DNA of 62,179 bases, filler included. It is 5 parts of 5 records of this genome, joined end to end, with 100 filler letters (N's around TTAATTAATTAA, not from the genome) between each part and the next. Parts side by side here need not be neighbours in the genome. Positions count along the whole stretch, not along the records: positions 1 to 30,560 come from SRR31156797_13735; 4 more parts are not named here. One strand, given 5' to 3'. The notes beneath the pieces were generated by a model. That model did not search any database. It was not told where the DNA came from and saw nothing but the letters and a program-made list of their open reading frames with translations. This document shows, piece after piece, positions 1 to 9,698 of this stretch. Both the position numbers and the translations under genes were made by a program. Numbering within the stretch: the first letter of the stretch is position 1; every line of letters starts with the position of its first letter.

Positions 1-1011
1 CCCAGACGGATCAATATCCTCTGCGACCACGCCCTGCTTTCCGGTTATGTCAAGGAACTAAAATACATTGATGCCGCCATCATCAGTGAATGCGCCAGGG
101 ATTTAAAAATTCCGGCCTATGTCCGGAACCGGGATGTCAACGGATTCGCCCAGCCGCCCCGCCAGCTGGTGAAACAGCCGGTATCACCCCGGCCGGCGGC
201 TCCGAGCCCCCCTGGCCCGTACCCGCCGCCTCCGCAACAGCCGATCCGCCGCTTTCCCTGGACCGGTGTTCTGGTATTAGCCTCGGCCCTCCTCTTGACC
301 TGGGTGTTCACGTTTCCGGACCATTTCAACGCCACCCTGACCACCATAAAAAAACGGGCAGGATATAGTTTAGCCATCCTCACCGGAAGTCCCCTCCCCC
401 AGAACGCCCCGGCCGAGCCGGTAACACCAGCTCCGCCAATGCCGGAGGAACTGCCGGCCCCGGCAGAAGCACCGGCCGCATCAGGGGAAACGCCGGCCAT
501 CTCCCCGTCCCAGGATCCCCCTGTTTCGTTCGATGACCAAGACCTTCCCCCTTTGCCGGTAATAATCGAAAAAGAAATTTCCGAGGCTCCGGAGCCGATC
601 ATCGCCGAGGTTCAGGCCGCTCCCCCTCCGGAACCGGCAGTCCCGGAGCCTGAGGAGGTCCCTCCTCTTCCGGAAAAAACCGTGGTGGTCCGGTTCCAAT
701 ACAACACCAATGATTTTACCCCCAAAGGCTTTGAAGAACTTGAAACCTTTTCAAAGGCCCTGGCCCTGCATCCCGAGGCGAGAATCCGTATCACCGGCCA
801 TACCGACTCCCAGGGCTATAAAAAATACAATTTAAAATTATCGGAATTCAGAGCCAATATCGTAAAAAGCTTTCTTCTGGGAAGGGGGGTTCACAGCAGT
901 CAGATGGAAATAGAGGGCAGGGGAGGGCAGGACCCTGTTGAAACCAATACCACGGCCTGGGGCCGGAAAATGAACCGCCGGGTTGAAATCAAGGTTATAG
1001 AGAAGCTCTAG
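1..1011 (+). CDS. ExeA/GspA-type AAA ATPase (PEP-CTERM-locus type), 5'-truncated, with TM helix, Pro-rich linker and C-terminal OmpA-like peptidoglycan-binding domain
   Basis: Frame is open from base 1: PRRINILCDHALLSGY..IDAAIISECARDL matches the ExeA ATPase C-terminal helical motif. OmpA_C motifs F-x-YN, ITGHTDSQG, NLKLSEFRA and NRRVEI follow. Confidence 0.85.
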   Translation, partial: PRRINILCDHALLSGYVKELKYIDAAIISECARDLKIPAYVRNRDVNGFAQPPRQLVKQPVSPRPAAPSPPGPYPPPPQQPIRRFPWTGVLVLASALLLTWVFTFPDHFNATLTTIKKRAGYSLAILTGSPLPQNAPAEPVTPAPPMPEELPAPAEAPAASGETPAISPSQDPPVSFDDQDLPPLPVIIEKEISEAPEPIIAEVQAAPPPEPAVPEPEEVPPLPEKTVVVRFQYNTNDFTPKGFEELETFSKALALHPEARIRITGHTDSQGYKKYNLKLSEFRANIVKSFLLGRGVHSSQMEIEGRGGQDPVETNTTAWGRKMNRRVEIKVIEKL

Positions 1012-3367
1012 AAGCGCCCATACTGCTCCAGTCCGGTTCCAGCATATCCTCCTGATCCCCCCCGAATTCCGGCAAAACGCCTGGCAAAACGCCCGGCTGC
1101 AGATCCCCCGGCAAACCCAGTGGGGGGACCGTTTCCGGGTCAAACATTTCTTTCTGCTTGTCCGTATTTTTTTCCCCGTTAAGACCCGAAAGCACCTGCC
1201 TGGCATCGTCCCGGTTCATTGACGACAATCTGTCGCAGTCAAGGGCCGATGTCAGGGTCTCCCTGGCATCGGACAGCCTGCCCTGGCGGTAGAACACCAT
1301 CCCCCGGTGGTATTGAATCAACCCGTTATCCGGTGCCAACGCCTCGGCCTGGGCCAGCATCCCCTCGGCCTGGGAATAAATTTTTTTATGATAATAGGCC
1401 CATCCCAGGGTATCCATGAGCCAGGCCTCCCCGGGCAATAGGTCATAGGCCGTCCTGGCCAGATCAAGGGCCCGGTCCGCATCATCCTCTTTCTCCAGCA
1501 GCACCCAGGCAAGATTGCCCATAATCCGGGGATCGTTTGGAAAGGATTTAAGCCCCTGCTCCAGAACATCAAAGGCATGATCAATCTGCTGTTTCCGGAC
1601 ATAATATCCCGACAGACGGAGCCAGCCGTCCAGAAACCGGGGCCGCTTCTCCGTACATTCCCTCAGGGCCTGCTCAACCCCCGGATCATTTTCCTCAGCC
1701 CCGAACAAATCTGCTTTCAGAAGAAAAAATTCTCCGGCCGCAGACCCATCTGCCATGGCCTTGTCAAGATACGACCGGCATTGATCAAAGGCTTTGAGGG
1801 TGAGGCTGACCCGAGCGCCGGTATAATATAATGCCGGATGCTTCTGTCCATTTTTAATCCACTTATTCACCATCCCAAGGGCCTGTTTTCCCTTTCCGGC
1901 AGATGCCATAAGCCGGGCATAGCGATACAGGACATCACTCATTTCCGGGGATTTTTCAAGGACTGTTTCATATGCTTCAAGGGCCTCTTGGATCATTCCC
2001 CGGGCTTCAAAGGCCTGGCCTAGAAAAAACAGGGATGACAAATCCCCCCCCAGATGCCAGGCCCTGGAAAAAAACTCTGTGGCCCGGATATAATCCGATT
2101 GCTCGAAAGCGCTAAGCCCCTTGACCTGCCAGGCATCCCAACGAGAGGATTCCTGATCCAGCAGGCGGTCAGCATATTGGGTTGCCAGCGTGTATTCCCC
2201 GAGCTTATAATTCAGTCCGGCCATGGCCGTAAGGGTTTCTGAATGGTTGGGATTCACCATCAGGGCATGGACAAAGGCATTTTCAGCCAGCTTGGTCTGC
2301 CCCCCGGCAAAATGGGCCACCCCAAGCAGATAGTGGGCAGAGACAAGGCCGTAATTCTCTTCCAGGGCATTTTTGAAATAGGAGACCGCATGGGAATACC
2401 GCCCTTTGAACAGCCAGAACTTCCCCATGAGCAGATGATATCCAAGGGCATCCCCCTTCCTCTTTTCCAAATCCGCCAGCATGGCTTCGGCCTCATTCGT
2501 GCGGGAAAGGGATAGATAATAATCTGTCAACATCATCTTGAATCCGTCATTGTCCGGATAATCACGGACAAGTCCTTTTAAATAGCCGCCTGCCTTTTCT
2601 TTCATCCCGGACACCCTGTAAAAACTGCAGAGCCGATTTTTAAGACCCAGGTTTCCGGGATCGGCTGCAATGGCCCTGAGAATGGTCTTTTCGGCTCTTA
2701 TCTCATCTTCGGCAAGTTGATAATAATCCGCCAGCAGCATCAGGTCCATTGGGCTGGGTATCCCCCTTGCCCTGCATTCTGTCACCAATTTGTCCGCCTC
2801 AAATCGTTTTTTTTGCTCCGCAAGGCAGATGGCCAGCTTGAGTCTTGGCCGGACCCCGGGCTCGAGGGCAATTGCCCGGGCATAGGCAGCCTCTCCCTTT
2901 TCAAAATCGGCCCGGAGCATAAAAAGGTCTCCGTAAAGGATTTGAACCCCCGCATCTGTTTCAGCATCCGATGTCGCCCCGGACAATAGTGTTTCTGCAC
3001 CTCCCGTATCCCCTTTGGCCAATAAAATCCGGACGAGTTGTTGTTGTATTTTTGGCCGGGAGCTTTTCTCCAGGGCTTTTTTAAAATTGATTTCAGCCTG
3101 TGCAAGATTGGCAAGCTTTAGGTAGGCGTTTCCAATTTTAAAATATAATTCCGACGGATTTTCAGATTGATCTTTTGCCCCTATCCAATGCTGAAGGGCT
3201 GTGGCATAGGCGCCATCTTCAAAGGCCTGGTCTCCTTTTTCCTCAAACGAGGCCATGGGGGTCGAAAACTGCCAGAAAAACAGACCGCCGACCAAGACAA
3301 CCGAAATCAATACGGAAATCAGAAACCCAGCTCCCAAAACCGCTATTTTTTTTCTTTTTTTCTTCAC
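995..3367 (-). CDS. Membrane-anchored TPR repeat protein, PrsT-like
   Basis: N-terminal basic residues plus TM helix, many TPRs, and PrsT-like C-terminus (NLAWVL..DTLGWAYY..YHRGM). Confidence 0.8.
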   Translation of the reverse strand: MKKKRKKIAVLGAGFLISVLISVVLVGGLFFWQFSTPMASFEEKGDQAFEDGAYATALQHWIGAKDQSENPSELYFKIGNAYLKLANLAQAEINFKKALEKSSRPKIQQQLVRILLAKGDTGGAETLLSGATSDAETDAGVQILYGDLFMLRADFEKGEAAYARAIALEPGVRPRLKLAICLAEQKKRFEADKLVTECRARGIPSPMDLMLLADYYQLAEDEIRAEKTILRAIAADPGNLGLKNRLCSFYRVSGMKEKAGGYLKGLVRDYPDNDGFKMMLTDYYLSLSRTNEAEAMLADLEKRKGDALGYHLLMGKFWLFKGRYSHAVSYFKNALEENYGLVSAHYLLGVAHFAGGQTKLAENAFVHALMVNPNHSETLTAMAGLNYKLGEYTLATQYADRLLDQESSRWDAWQVKGLSAFEQSDYIRATEFFSRAWHLGGDLSSLFFLGQAFEARGMIQEALEAYETVLEKSPEMSDVLYRYARLMASAGKGKQALGMVNKWIKNGQKHPALYYTGARVSLTLKAFDQCRSYLDKAMADGSAAGEFFLLKADLFGAEENDPGVEQALRECTEKRPRFLDGWLRLSGYYVRKQQIDHAFDVLEQGLKSFPNDPRIMGNLAWVLLEKEDDADRALDLARTAYDLLPGEAWLMDTLGWAYYHKKIYSQAEGMLAQAEALAPDNGLIQYHRGMVFYRQGRLSDARETLTSALDCDRLSSMNRDDARQVLSGLNGEKNTDKQKEMFDPETVPPLGLPGDLQPGVLPGVLPEFGGDQEDMLEPDWSSMGASRASL

Positions 3368-4230
3368 CGTTTAATCACCAAAACGCTTATCAGTCCCGCC
3401 ATAGCCATCACAGCAGCCCAGGCAAAAATTTCAATCTTATTATGAATAATATACCGGAACAATTTCAATCCAAGGGCAAAAATCCAGGGCAGTTCAGTCT
3501 CCCGGCCATAGCTTGTCTGGTAGTGCCGGCTCTGACCATTCCCGGAAGCATATCCCGGGGACGATTCACCTGTTTCGCCATAGGATGCCTCCCCTTTGCC
3601 GTCCTTTTTGGTTCCGGCCCAGGCCGTCTGAAAATCCTGGGTTTCCTGAATGGGTAACCGGTGCTGGCCGCTTCCCTGAAAAAGAATAATATCCGCCATC
3701 TTTCTTTTCATTTCAACTGCCGGCTCGATGTCATCGGGCCCACTATCCGGTGCATTTTCTGTTTTTTCGGGCCCATCCAGATAGGGAATGCTCAAATCCT
3801 TTAGCAGCAAAGCGTTTTTCTTTTTCATGGCCAGATATTGCTCCAGAATGTTTTTCACTTTCAAATTGGCGGCAATCTGACGGTCAAGCAAGGCCTGGGG
3901 ATTCACCATGGTTTTTGACAATAAATTAAAGGGGACATCTATCTTAATTTCCCCGGCATTTGCCATTGTTCCGGCTCCCGGATGTTTCCCGGACAAAAGC
4001 GTCTGTCCTGCCAAAGTTTGGTTCTGAAAAAAAATATAGTGGTCTGATACATAATCTCCGGCTTCTTTCGTATTCAGGGGAAGTTGACCTGCGCCCGTCG
4101 AATGGTGGAACCAGGCAAGGGCGACCGGTGGCGCACCAATGATAAAAAAGAGGATACCCATGGCCAGCAGACTGACCGGGCCCCCCTTTTTGAAAAAAGA
4201 ATGCTTGACTGGTATGTTCCGGTACCCCAT
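3364..4230 (-). CDS. Hypothetical exported protein with C-terminal TM anchor
   Basis: 288-aa ORF with signal-like N-terminus, C-terminal hydrophobic helix ending in KR, GGAG RBS, and 4-bp overlap with the TPR gene. Confidence 0.65.
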   Translation of the reverse strand: MGYRNIPVKHSFFKKGGPVSLLAMGILFFIIGAPPVALAWFHHSTGAGQLPLNTKEAGDYVSDHYIFFQNQTLAGQTLLSGKHPGAGTMANAGEIKIDVPFNLLSKTMVNPQALLDRQIAANLKVKNILEQYLAMKKKNALLLKDLSIPYLDGPEKTENAPDSGPDDIEPAVEMKRKMADIILFQGSGQHRLPIQETQDFQTAWAGTKKDGKGEASYGETGESSPGYASGNGQSRHYQTSYGRETELPWIFALGLKLFRYIIHNKIEIFAWAAVMAMAGLISVLVIKR

Positions 4231-4411
4231 TTCAACTCTCCTGCATCAAATTTCCACGGCGTTTGGATGCTGCCGTTGCTTTTCCGGCAAAGACTTTTTA
4301 ATTGACAAGTATCTGCATACCATAATATTAATTGTAGCTGGACACCCAAGCGTTATCACAAACTAATTTAAAAAGCCATATCACTTTTTTTAGTGAATTC
4401 GGAGGCTATTC

Positions 4412-6700
4412 ATGAAGATCTGTTCCAGATTCATCCTGGGTTTGCTTATTATCTTGCTGCCCCTTTCAGGATGTTCAAATAAAGAGGATAAAAAAACAGA
4501 CCATATCCAAAAAGGGGATGAATATTTTTCAGCCAAGGAGTATAAAAAGGCTGAGATTGAATTCAAAAATGCCCTCCAGATAGACAATTCAGACACCATT
4601 ACCCTCCTGAAAATGGGGGATACTTATATGATGCTTGGCCAAACCCGACAAGCATTTACCGCTTATTCTAGGGCGGAAAAACTTGATCCAAACAATTTAA
4701 CGGCCATGACGAACCTGGCAAAATTCTATTTTCTAACCAAAAAAATGCCTCAAGCCAAGCAGCGAGTTGAAAGCATTCTGAAAATTGATCCTGATAGTAT
4801 AAAGGCCCTGTTTCTTAAAGGGCAAATATTATATAAAGAAAATCAGCCGCTAAACGCCCAATCCATTTTTGAAAAGATACTCACAATCCAGGATGATTAT
4901 GGCCCCGCTCTTCAAGCTATGGCTATTCTTAAGGCAGGCCAACAAAAATTTGATGAAGCCGAAGAATTCTTGCTTAAAGCTGTTGAAACAGCCAAGGACA
5001 CGACCCAGCCCAGGATCGTTCTATCCCAATTTTATATTTCTCGTAAACAACTGGAAAAAGCAGCTATACAATTGCAGTTATCTGCCGAAGAGCATCCCAA
5101 GAACATAGCCCATCAAACCCGTCTAGGCAATTTTTATCTGACAACAAAAAATATGGAAAAGGCTCGAAGAAGCTACGAAGAAGCAGTTAGAATTCAACCA
5201 AATAGTCCTGAACCTCTAATTACTTTGGCAAAATTTTACAAGATTACCGGCAAAATAGAGCAGGCCAGATCCCTGTATGAAAAAGCAGTGGATTTAAATC
5301 CGAACAACGATAATATCCGTCTGATTTTGGCAAGATTTTTATTCAAACAAAAACATGTTGTTGAAGCTGAAAGACAAGTATCTAAAATTCTGTCTAAGCG
5401 CACAAGGTTCGCAGCCGCCATGTTGCTGCAAAGCGAAATTAAAATCTTCAACAAAGATTTTGAATCGGCTCTTAATATTCTCGCAGATCTTGAAAAAGAA
5501 GAACCAAACAACCATAGAACACAATATCTTAAAGGCCTTTCTTATATCGGGATCGGTGACTCCAATCAAGCTGCTGCGGCCATATTCAAAGCCGTAGAGC
5601 TTAAACCGAATTTTATACAAGCACGCCTGCTCTTGTCTGAAATTTATTTCCGACAGCAATCTTTTGACCTTTGCGTGAACCAGACCTCGGAATTATTAAG
5701 ATTGAGGCCTGAAACATACAACGCCCTGACGATCCGGGGAAATGCCTATGTGGCGTTAAAAAAAGTCAAGGAAGCAGAAAACGATTATGAGCGGATGATT
5801 AAACTTGAACCCCAAAACCCTACAGGGTATTATCGACTGGCATACCTGAAATCAATACTCAAAGAATATGATCAGGCAGACTTATTGTTGGAAAAAGCAT
5901 ACAACCTGAACAATAAACTTATCGATGTGTTTAACCTGCGGATCCAAAATGCACTGGCTCAAAAAGAGTTTAAAAAAGCCCATAAACTCTGCGTCCAGCA
6001 AGTGGAGAATGTAAAAGACGCAAAGAGATCCCTTGCCGTAGTCCACAACATCCACGCAAAGGTGTTTCTGGCAGAAAAAAATATTGAACCTGCAAAGGAA
6101 GAGCTAAAAAAGGCCATCCAAGCCGATCCGGATTATTTGAACGCTTACACTGATTTGGCAAAAATATACATGGTCCAAAAGGATCTCGCCGGTGCAAAAA
6201 GCCAATACTTGGCCATAATCAAAAAGAATGAACATCTGGCCGCGCCCTATATGATGCTCGGTACCCTGTATGAAGCGGAAAAGGACTTTGATGTTGCTGA
6301 AACCTATTACCGAAAGGCGCTTGAACTTAAACCTGATTTTGCCGCAGCAGCCAATAACCTTGCCTACCATCTGGCAAAACGGACAGACCAATATGATGAA
6401 GCTCTGAACCTGGCTCGTAAGGCCAAGGCCAGATTCCCGGAAGAACCAGCCATAATGGATACCATTGGACTTGCATATTTTAAAAAAGGCTTATACGGAA
6501 ATGCCGTATCCGAATTTCGGGACAGCTTAAGAAAGCGCCCTAACAATCCCATTGTGAGATATCATCTTGGCTTAGCCTATTATAAAAAAGGCGAAAACAG
6601 CTTAGCTGAGAAAGAACTGTCTAAAGCGATTGAGCTAAACAAAAATTTCCCGGGCAGCACGGAAGCCAAAATCCTATTGGAAGAAATAACCCAAAAATGA
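4412..6700 (+). CDS. prsT: PEP-CTERM system TPR lipoprotein, PrsT-like
   Basis: Lipobox LSGC, A-x-IEFKNALQ motif, TPR array, C-terminal AANNLAY..DTIGLAYF..YHLGLAY; GGAGG RBS. Confidence 0.8.
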   Translation: MKICSRFILGLLIILLPLSGCSNKEDKKTDHIQKGDEYFSAKEYKKAEIEFKNALQIDNSDTITLLKMGDTYMMLGQTRQAFTAYSRAEKLDPNNLTAMTNLAKFYFLTKKMPQAKQRVESILKIDPDSIKALFLKGQILYKENQPLNAQSIFEKILTIQDDYGPALQAMAILKAGQQKFDEAEEFLLKAVETAKDTTQPRIVLSQFYISRKQLEKAAIQLQLSAEEHPKNIAHQTRLGNFYLTTKNMEKARRSYEEAVRIQPNSPEPLITLAKFYKITGKIEQARSLYEKAVDLNPNNDNIRLILARFLFKQKHVVEAERQVSKILSKRTRFAAAMLLQSEIKIFNKDFESALNILADLEKEEPNNHRTQYLKGLSYIGIGDSNQAAAAIFKAVELKPNFIQARLLLSEIYFRQQSFDLCVNQTSELLRLRPETYNALTIRGNAYVALKKVKEAENDYERMIKLEPQNPTGYYRLAYLKSILKEYDQADLLLEKAYNLNNKLIDVFNLRIQNALAQKEFKKAHKLCVQQVENVKDAKRSLAVVHNIHAKVFLAEKNIEPAKEELKKAIQADPDYLNAYTDLAKIYMVQKDLAGAKSQYLAIIKKNEHLAAPYMMLGTLYEAEKDFDVAETYYRKALELKPDFAAAANNLAYHLAKRTDQYDEALNLARKAKARFPEEPAIMDTIGLAYFKKGLYGNAVSEFRDSLRKRPNNPIVRYHLGLAYYKKGENSLAEKELSKAIELNKNFPGSTEAKILLEEITQK

Positions 6701-7473
6701 TACTTGTAAAAAATCTTAGATTCGCGATTCTCTTGTTCGCTACCCTTTCATTCAATGTAGCGGCCAGTGAAATAACTGGAAATCAACTGGCCCGGCAGGT
6801 TTTTGACAGGAATACCGGAAGGGATTCCGTGGCATCGGCCCAGATGGTCCTGGTAAATCAAAAGGGCAAAAAACGGATCCGCCACTTTACCAGCAAAAGG
6901 ATAGAAGAAAACGGCCTCCAGAGCCAGCTCACCCGGTTTACCTCTCCGGCTGATATTGAGGGCACCGGATTTCTGACCCTTGAAAAGCCCGGATGGAAAA
7001 CAGAACAATTTCTCTATCTTCCTGCACTGAAGCGGACCCGGAGGATTGTCAGTTCCCAAAAATCCCATAAATTTGTCAACAGTGATTTTACCTATGAAGA
7101 TCTGGAGCGCCATCCGGTGGACGATTATATTCATAAAATCACCGGAGCCGCCTCCATGGGAAACATCGAATGCCATGTGTTGGAGTCCCGGCCGAAACAA
7201 GGGGTTGAATCCCAGTACAGCCTCACCGTCAGCCTGATCGCAAAGCAGGCCCTCCTGCCGGTACAGGTGAAATATTTTGACAAAAAGAACCAGCACATCA
7301 AGACCTATAAAGTTTTGAAGCTGGATAAAATTCAGGGTATATGGACAGAGGTCATAGTCAGTATGGAAGACCATAAAAAGCGCCATAAAACCTATTTGAA
7401 ACAGGAAAAAATAAGCTACAACACCAACCTTGACACGGCCGATATCTCCCGCGAAAACCTGGAAATGTATTAA
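6697..7473 (+). CDS. Outer-membrane lipoprotein-sorting (LolA-like) periplasmic protein
   Basis: Signal peptide; motifs FTSPADIEGTGFL, QFLYLPALKRTRRI and FVNSDFTYEDL. Confidence 0.85.
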   Translation: MILVKNLRFAILLFATLSFNVAASEITGNQLARQVFDRNTGRDSVASAQMVLVNQKGKKRIRHFTSKRIEENGLQSQLTRFTSPADIEGTGFLTLEKPGWKTEQFLYLPALKRTRRIVSSQKSHKFVNSDFTYEDLERHPVDDYIHKITGAASMGNIECHVLESRPKQGVESQYSLTVSLIAKQALLPVQVKYFDKKNQHIKTYKVLKLDKIQGIWTEVIVSMEDHKKRHKTYLKQEKISYNTNLDTADISRENLEMY

Positions 7474-7502
7474 CCGGCACTATTCTTGCTCTTCATTTAG
7501 AC

Positions 7503-9359
7503 ATGAATCCCATGGGAGGAGGGGCAATGACGCATACAAAATCCGGCCAGGCGGTAATTTTTATTATATTTACAATTACTTGCATTTTAGTTTCCATCAC
7601 AGAAAACGCTTTTGCCCTTCCCGGAAACCGTGTCAAAAATACCGATTTTTGTCGTCAGGATGACCTGGAAACCGCCATTATCCTGACGGAAGACGTCTCC
7701 CGGACCACCCATTTTGTCCTGCATGACCCGGAACGGCTCGTGGTGGACATTCACGATGCGTTTATCCCCCGGATAAACGAGGCTAAAATCATCCGGGGCA
7801 ATATCGTATCCGGCATCCGTCTCCACCAGAACCAGAAAAATGTGGTGAGGGCGGTGGTGGATATTAATGAGAACACATCCTATCAATTTCAGATAATAAA
7901 AGAATATCTTGGTGCCTCTCCCTCAATAAAAATCCAATTATCGCCTGATATTATTACACCCGTTGTTCCTGAAAACACTTCTCCCCACTCCATTCTGGCC
8001 GAGCCTGAAGCTTCGCCTGGGTTGGAAACCGCATTATTGGGAGAGGATCTGCTCAATGACATTTTTGAAGAGCCAGGCATTGAAGAGGAGCCATCGGACT
8101 TCTCCCTGTCCGGGCTGATTCAGATCAGGCCATCCCTGCAGATCAGTGAAGACGACAGGGTTGAAAATAACTCCAGCTTTAGAAACAGGATTGTCCTCGA
8201 AGGAAAATATAAAACCGAAGTTACGATTTCAGTTCTGTCCGACTATCTCTATTTCGGCTCCGAAAACCATAGCGACGACTATGAGTTCAGCCTTCACGAG
8301 GCCAAATGGGAAAAACTGGAAAAACGATACGGTTTCTCTTTGGGCAAACAGATCCTCCGGTGGGGAAAAACCGACCAGTACAGCCCCATTGACACCCTTA
8401 ACCCGGAAGACTTCCGGGAATTTATCCTGCCGGACTATGAAGACCGTAAAATACCGGTATGGATGGCCAATGCTCGCCTCTTTTTTGACAACTTCACCTT
8501 GGAAGGAGTCGTCATACCCTTTTTTGAACCATCAAAACTAGATTATTTCAACACCAATTGGTCCGTATTCGGCCATATTAAAAAAGAACTCGGGGCAAGT
8601 CTGCCTGACCCGGCCCAAAAAGCCTATATCGACGATATTTCCGTCCATGAAACAGATCCCGAGGATGAAGCAGAATTCGGCATCAGGCTTCTGACCACCA
8701 TACAGGAGATCGACATGGGCTTAAGTTTTCACCATATGATCGAAGATACCCCGTACTTTAAAAATTTCCCCATAAAAAACATCCAGGTCAGCGGCGATTT
8801 TTCAGGGGAAAATATGGCGGAGGTTCTGGGATCCGCCGTTTTCACCAATGAGAATATTGAGGTGGAATATAAACGGACCAAGGCGGCCGGCCTGGAATTT
8901 GAAACCACCTGGGCCGATTTCGGCCTCAGGGGTGAGGCGGTCTGGAAGGAAAACGAATCCTTTTTAACCTCGTCCCTGACTTCCAGCCGTCACCCAACCT
9001 TTACCTATATTCTGGGGACAGATTATACAACAGCAGAGAACACCTATTTCAATGTCCAGTTTCTCCACTCCCATATTTATGATTTTTCCCAAGATCTCCT
9101 CTATTTTGACCGGGACACCTTCTCCCTTCTCGGCCAGTTGAAAATCGAGCTGATGGAAGACTGGCTGCAAGGCGCCTTCAAATACAATATCGGCCTCAAT
9201 AACAGCTCCGGGTATCTCTCCCCTTATCTTGAGTACACCTATATCACCAATTTGACCTTCATTGCCGGAGCTGCTTTTTTTTACGGCGACGGCGACACCT
9301 GGTTCGGGCGGTTCAGGGATTATGACCTTGTCTATCTGGATGTTTCCTACCAATTTTAA
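7503..9359 (+). CDS. AMIN domain fused to DUF1302-like outer-membrane beta-barrel
   Basis: AMIN motif FVLHDPERLVVDI...VRAVVD; barrel motifs LGKQILRWGKTD and DTLNPED; C-terminal VSYQF. Start may be the second Met. Confidence 0.7.
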   Translation: MNPMGGGAMTHTKSGQAVIFIIFTITCILVSITENAFALPGNRVKNTDFCRQDDLETAIILTEDVSRTTHFVLHDPERLVVDIHDAFIPRINEAKIIRGNIVSGIRLHQNQKNVVRAVVDINENTSYQFQIIKEYLGASPSIKIQLSPDIITPVVPENTSPHSILAEPEASPGLETALLGEDLLNDIFEEPGIEEEPSDFSLSGLIQIRPSLQISEDDRVENNSSFRNRIVLEGKYKTEVTISVLSDYLYFGSENHSDDYEFSLHEAKWEKLEKRYGFSLGKQILRWGKTDQYSPIDTLNPEDFREFILPDYEDRKIPVWMANARLFFDNFTLEGVVIPFFEPSKLDYFNTNWSVFGHIKKELGASLPDPAQKAYIDDISVHETDPEDEAEFGIRLLTTIQEIDMGLSFHHMIEDTPYFKNFPIKNIQVSGDFSGENMAEVLGSAVFTNENIEVEYKRTKAAGLEFETTWADFGLRGEAVWKENESFLTSSLTSSRHPTFTYILGTDYTTAENTYFNVQFLHSHIYDFSQDLLYFDRDTFSLLGQLKIELMEDWLQGAFKYNIGLNNSSGYLSPYLEYTYITNLTFIAGAAFFYGDGDTWFGRFRDYDLVYLDVSYQF

Positions 9360-9382
9360 ACTGCCTTTGTCTTTGTTATCCA

Positions 9383-9400
9383 TTGTAACTTTTTTTACAA
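9383..9400. promoter_or_regulatory. Palindromic enhancer (PEP-CTERM box; putative PrsR site)
   Basis: TTGTAA-N6-TTACAA, about 165 nt upstream of a sigma54 promoter. Confidence 0.7.
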
Positions 9401-9498
9401 ATAACTATGAGTTTTTTTTCTCAAACCCATGGAGTTTTTTTGGTCATAACATATATGATGCGGTATTCTTACTTCAAGGCACAATAAAAAATCGACTC

Positions 9499-9511
9499 TA
9501 AGTATTTGAGT
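9499..9511 (-). promoter_or_regulatory. Possible IHF site
   Basis: ACTCAAATACTTA, one mismatch to WATCAANNNNTTR, lying between the enhancer and the sigma54 promoter. Confidence 0.35.
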
Positions 9512-9562
9512 TTGTTTTGTTTTTATACAAACCCTTGTCCCCCCACCTTTCCTTTTAAGAAA

Positions 9563-9578
9563 TGGCATCTTTGTTGCA
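9563..9578 (+). promoter_or_regulatory. sigma54 -24/-12 promoter of the PEP-CTERM gene
   Basis: TGGCAT-CTTTG-TTGCA with canonical spacing. Confidence 0.8.
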
Positions 9579-9698
9579 TCTTCTAATTCAAAATAATAAT
9601 TTAATGAGGTCTATTTGAAAGGAGGTAATAACAGACACTCAAAAAAACAAGTATGGCATTAAATTTTAATTCTATAGCAACAAAAAAAGGTATAGATC

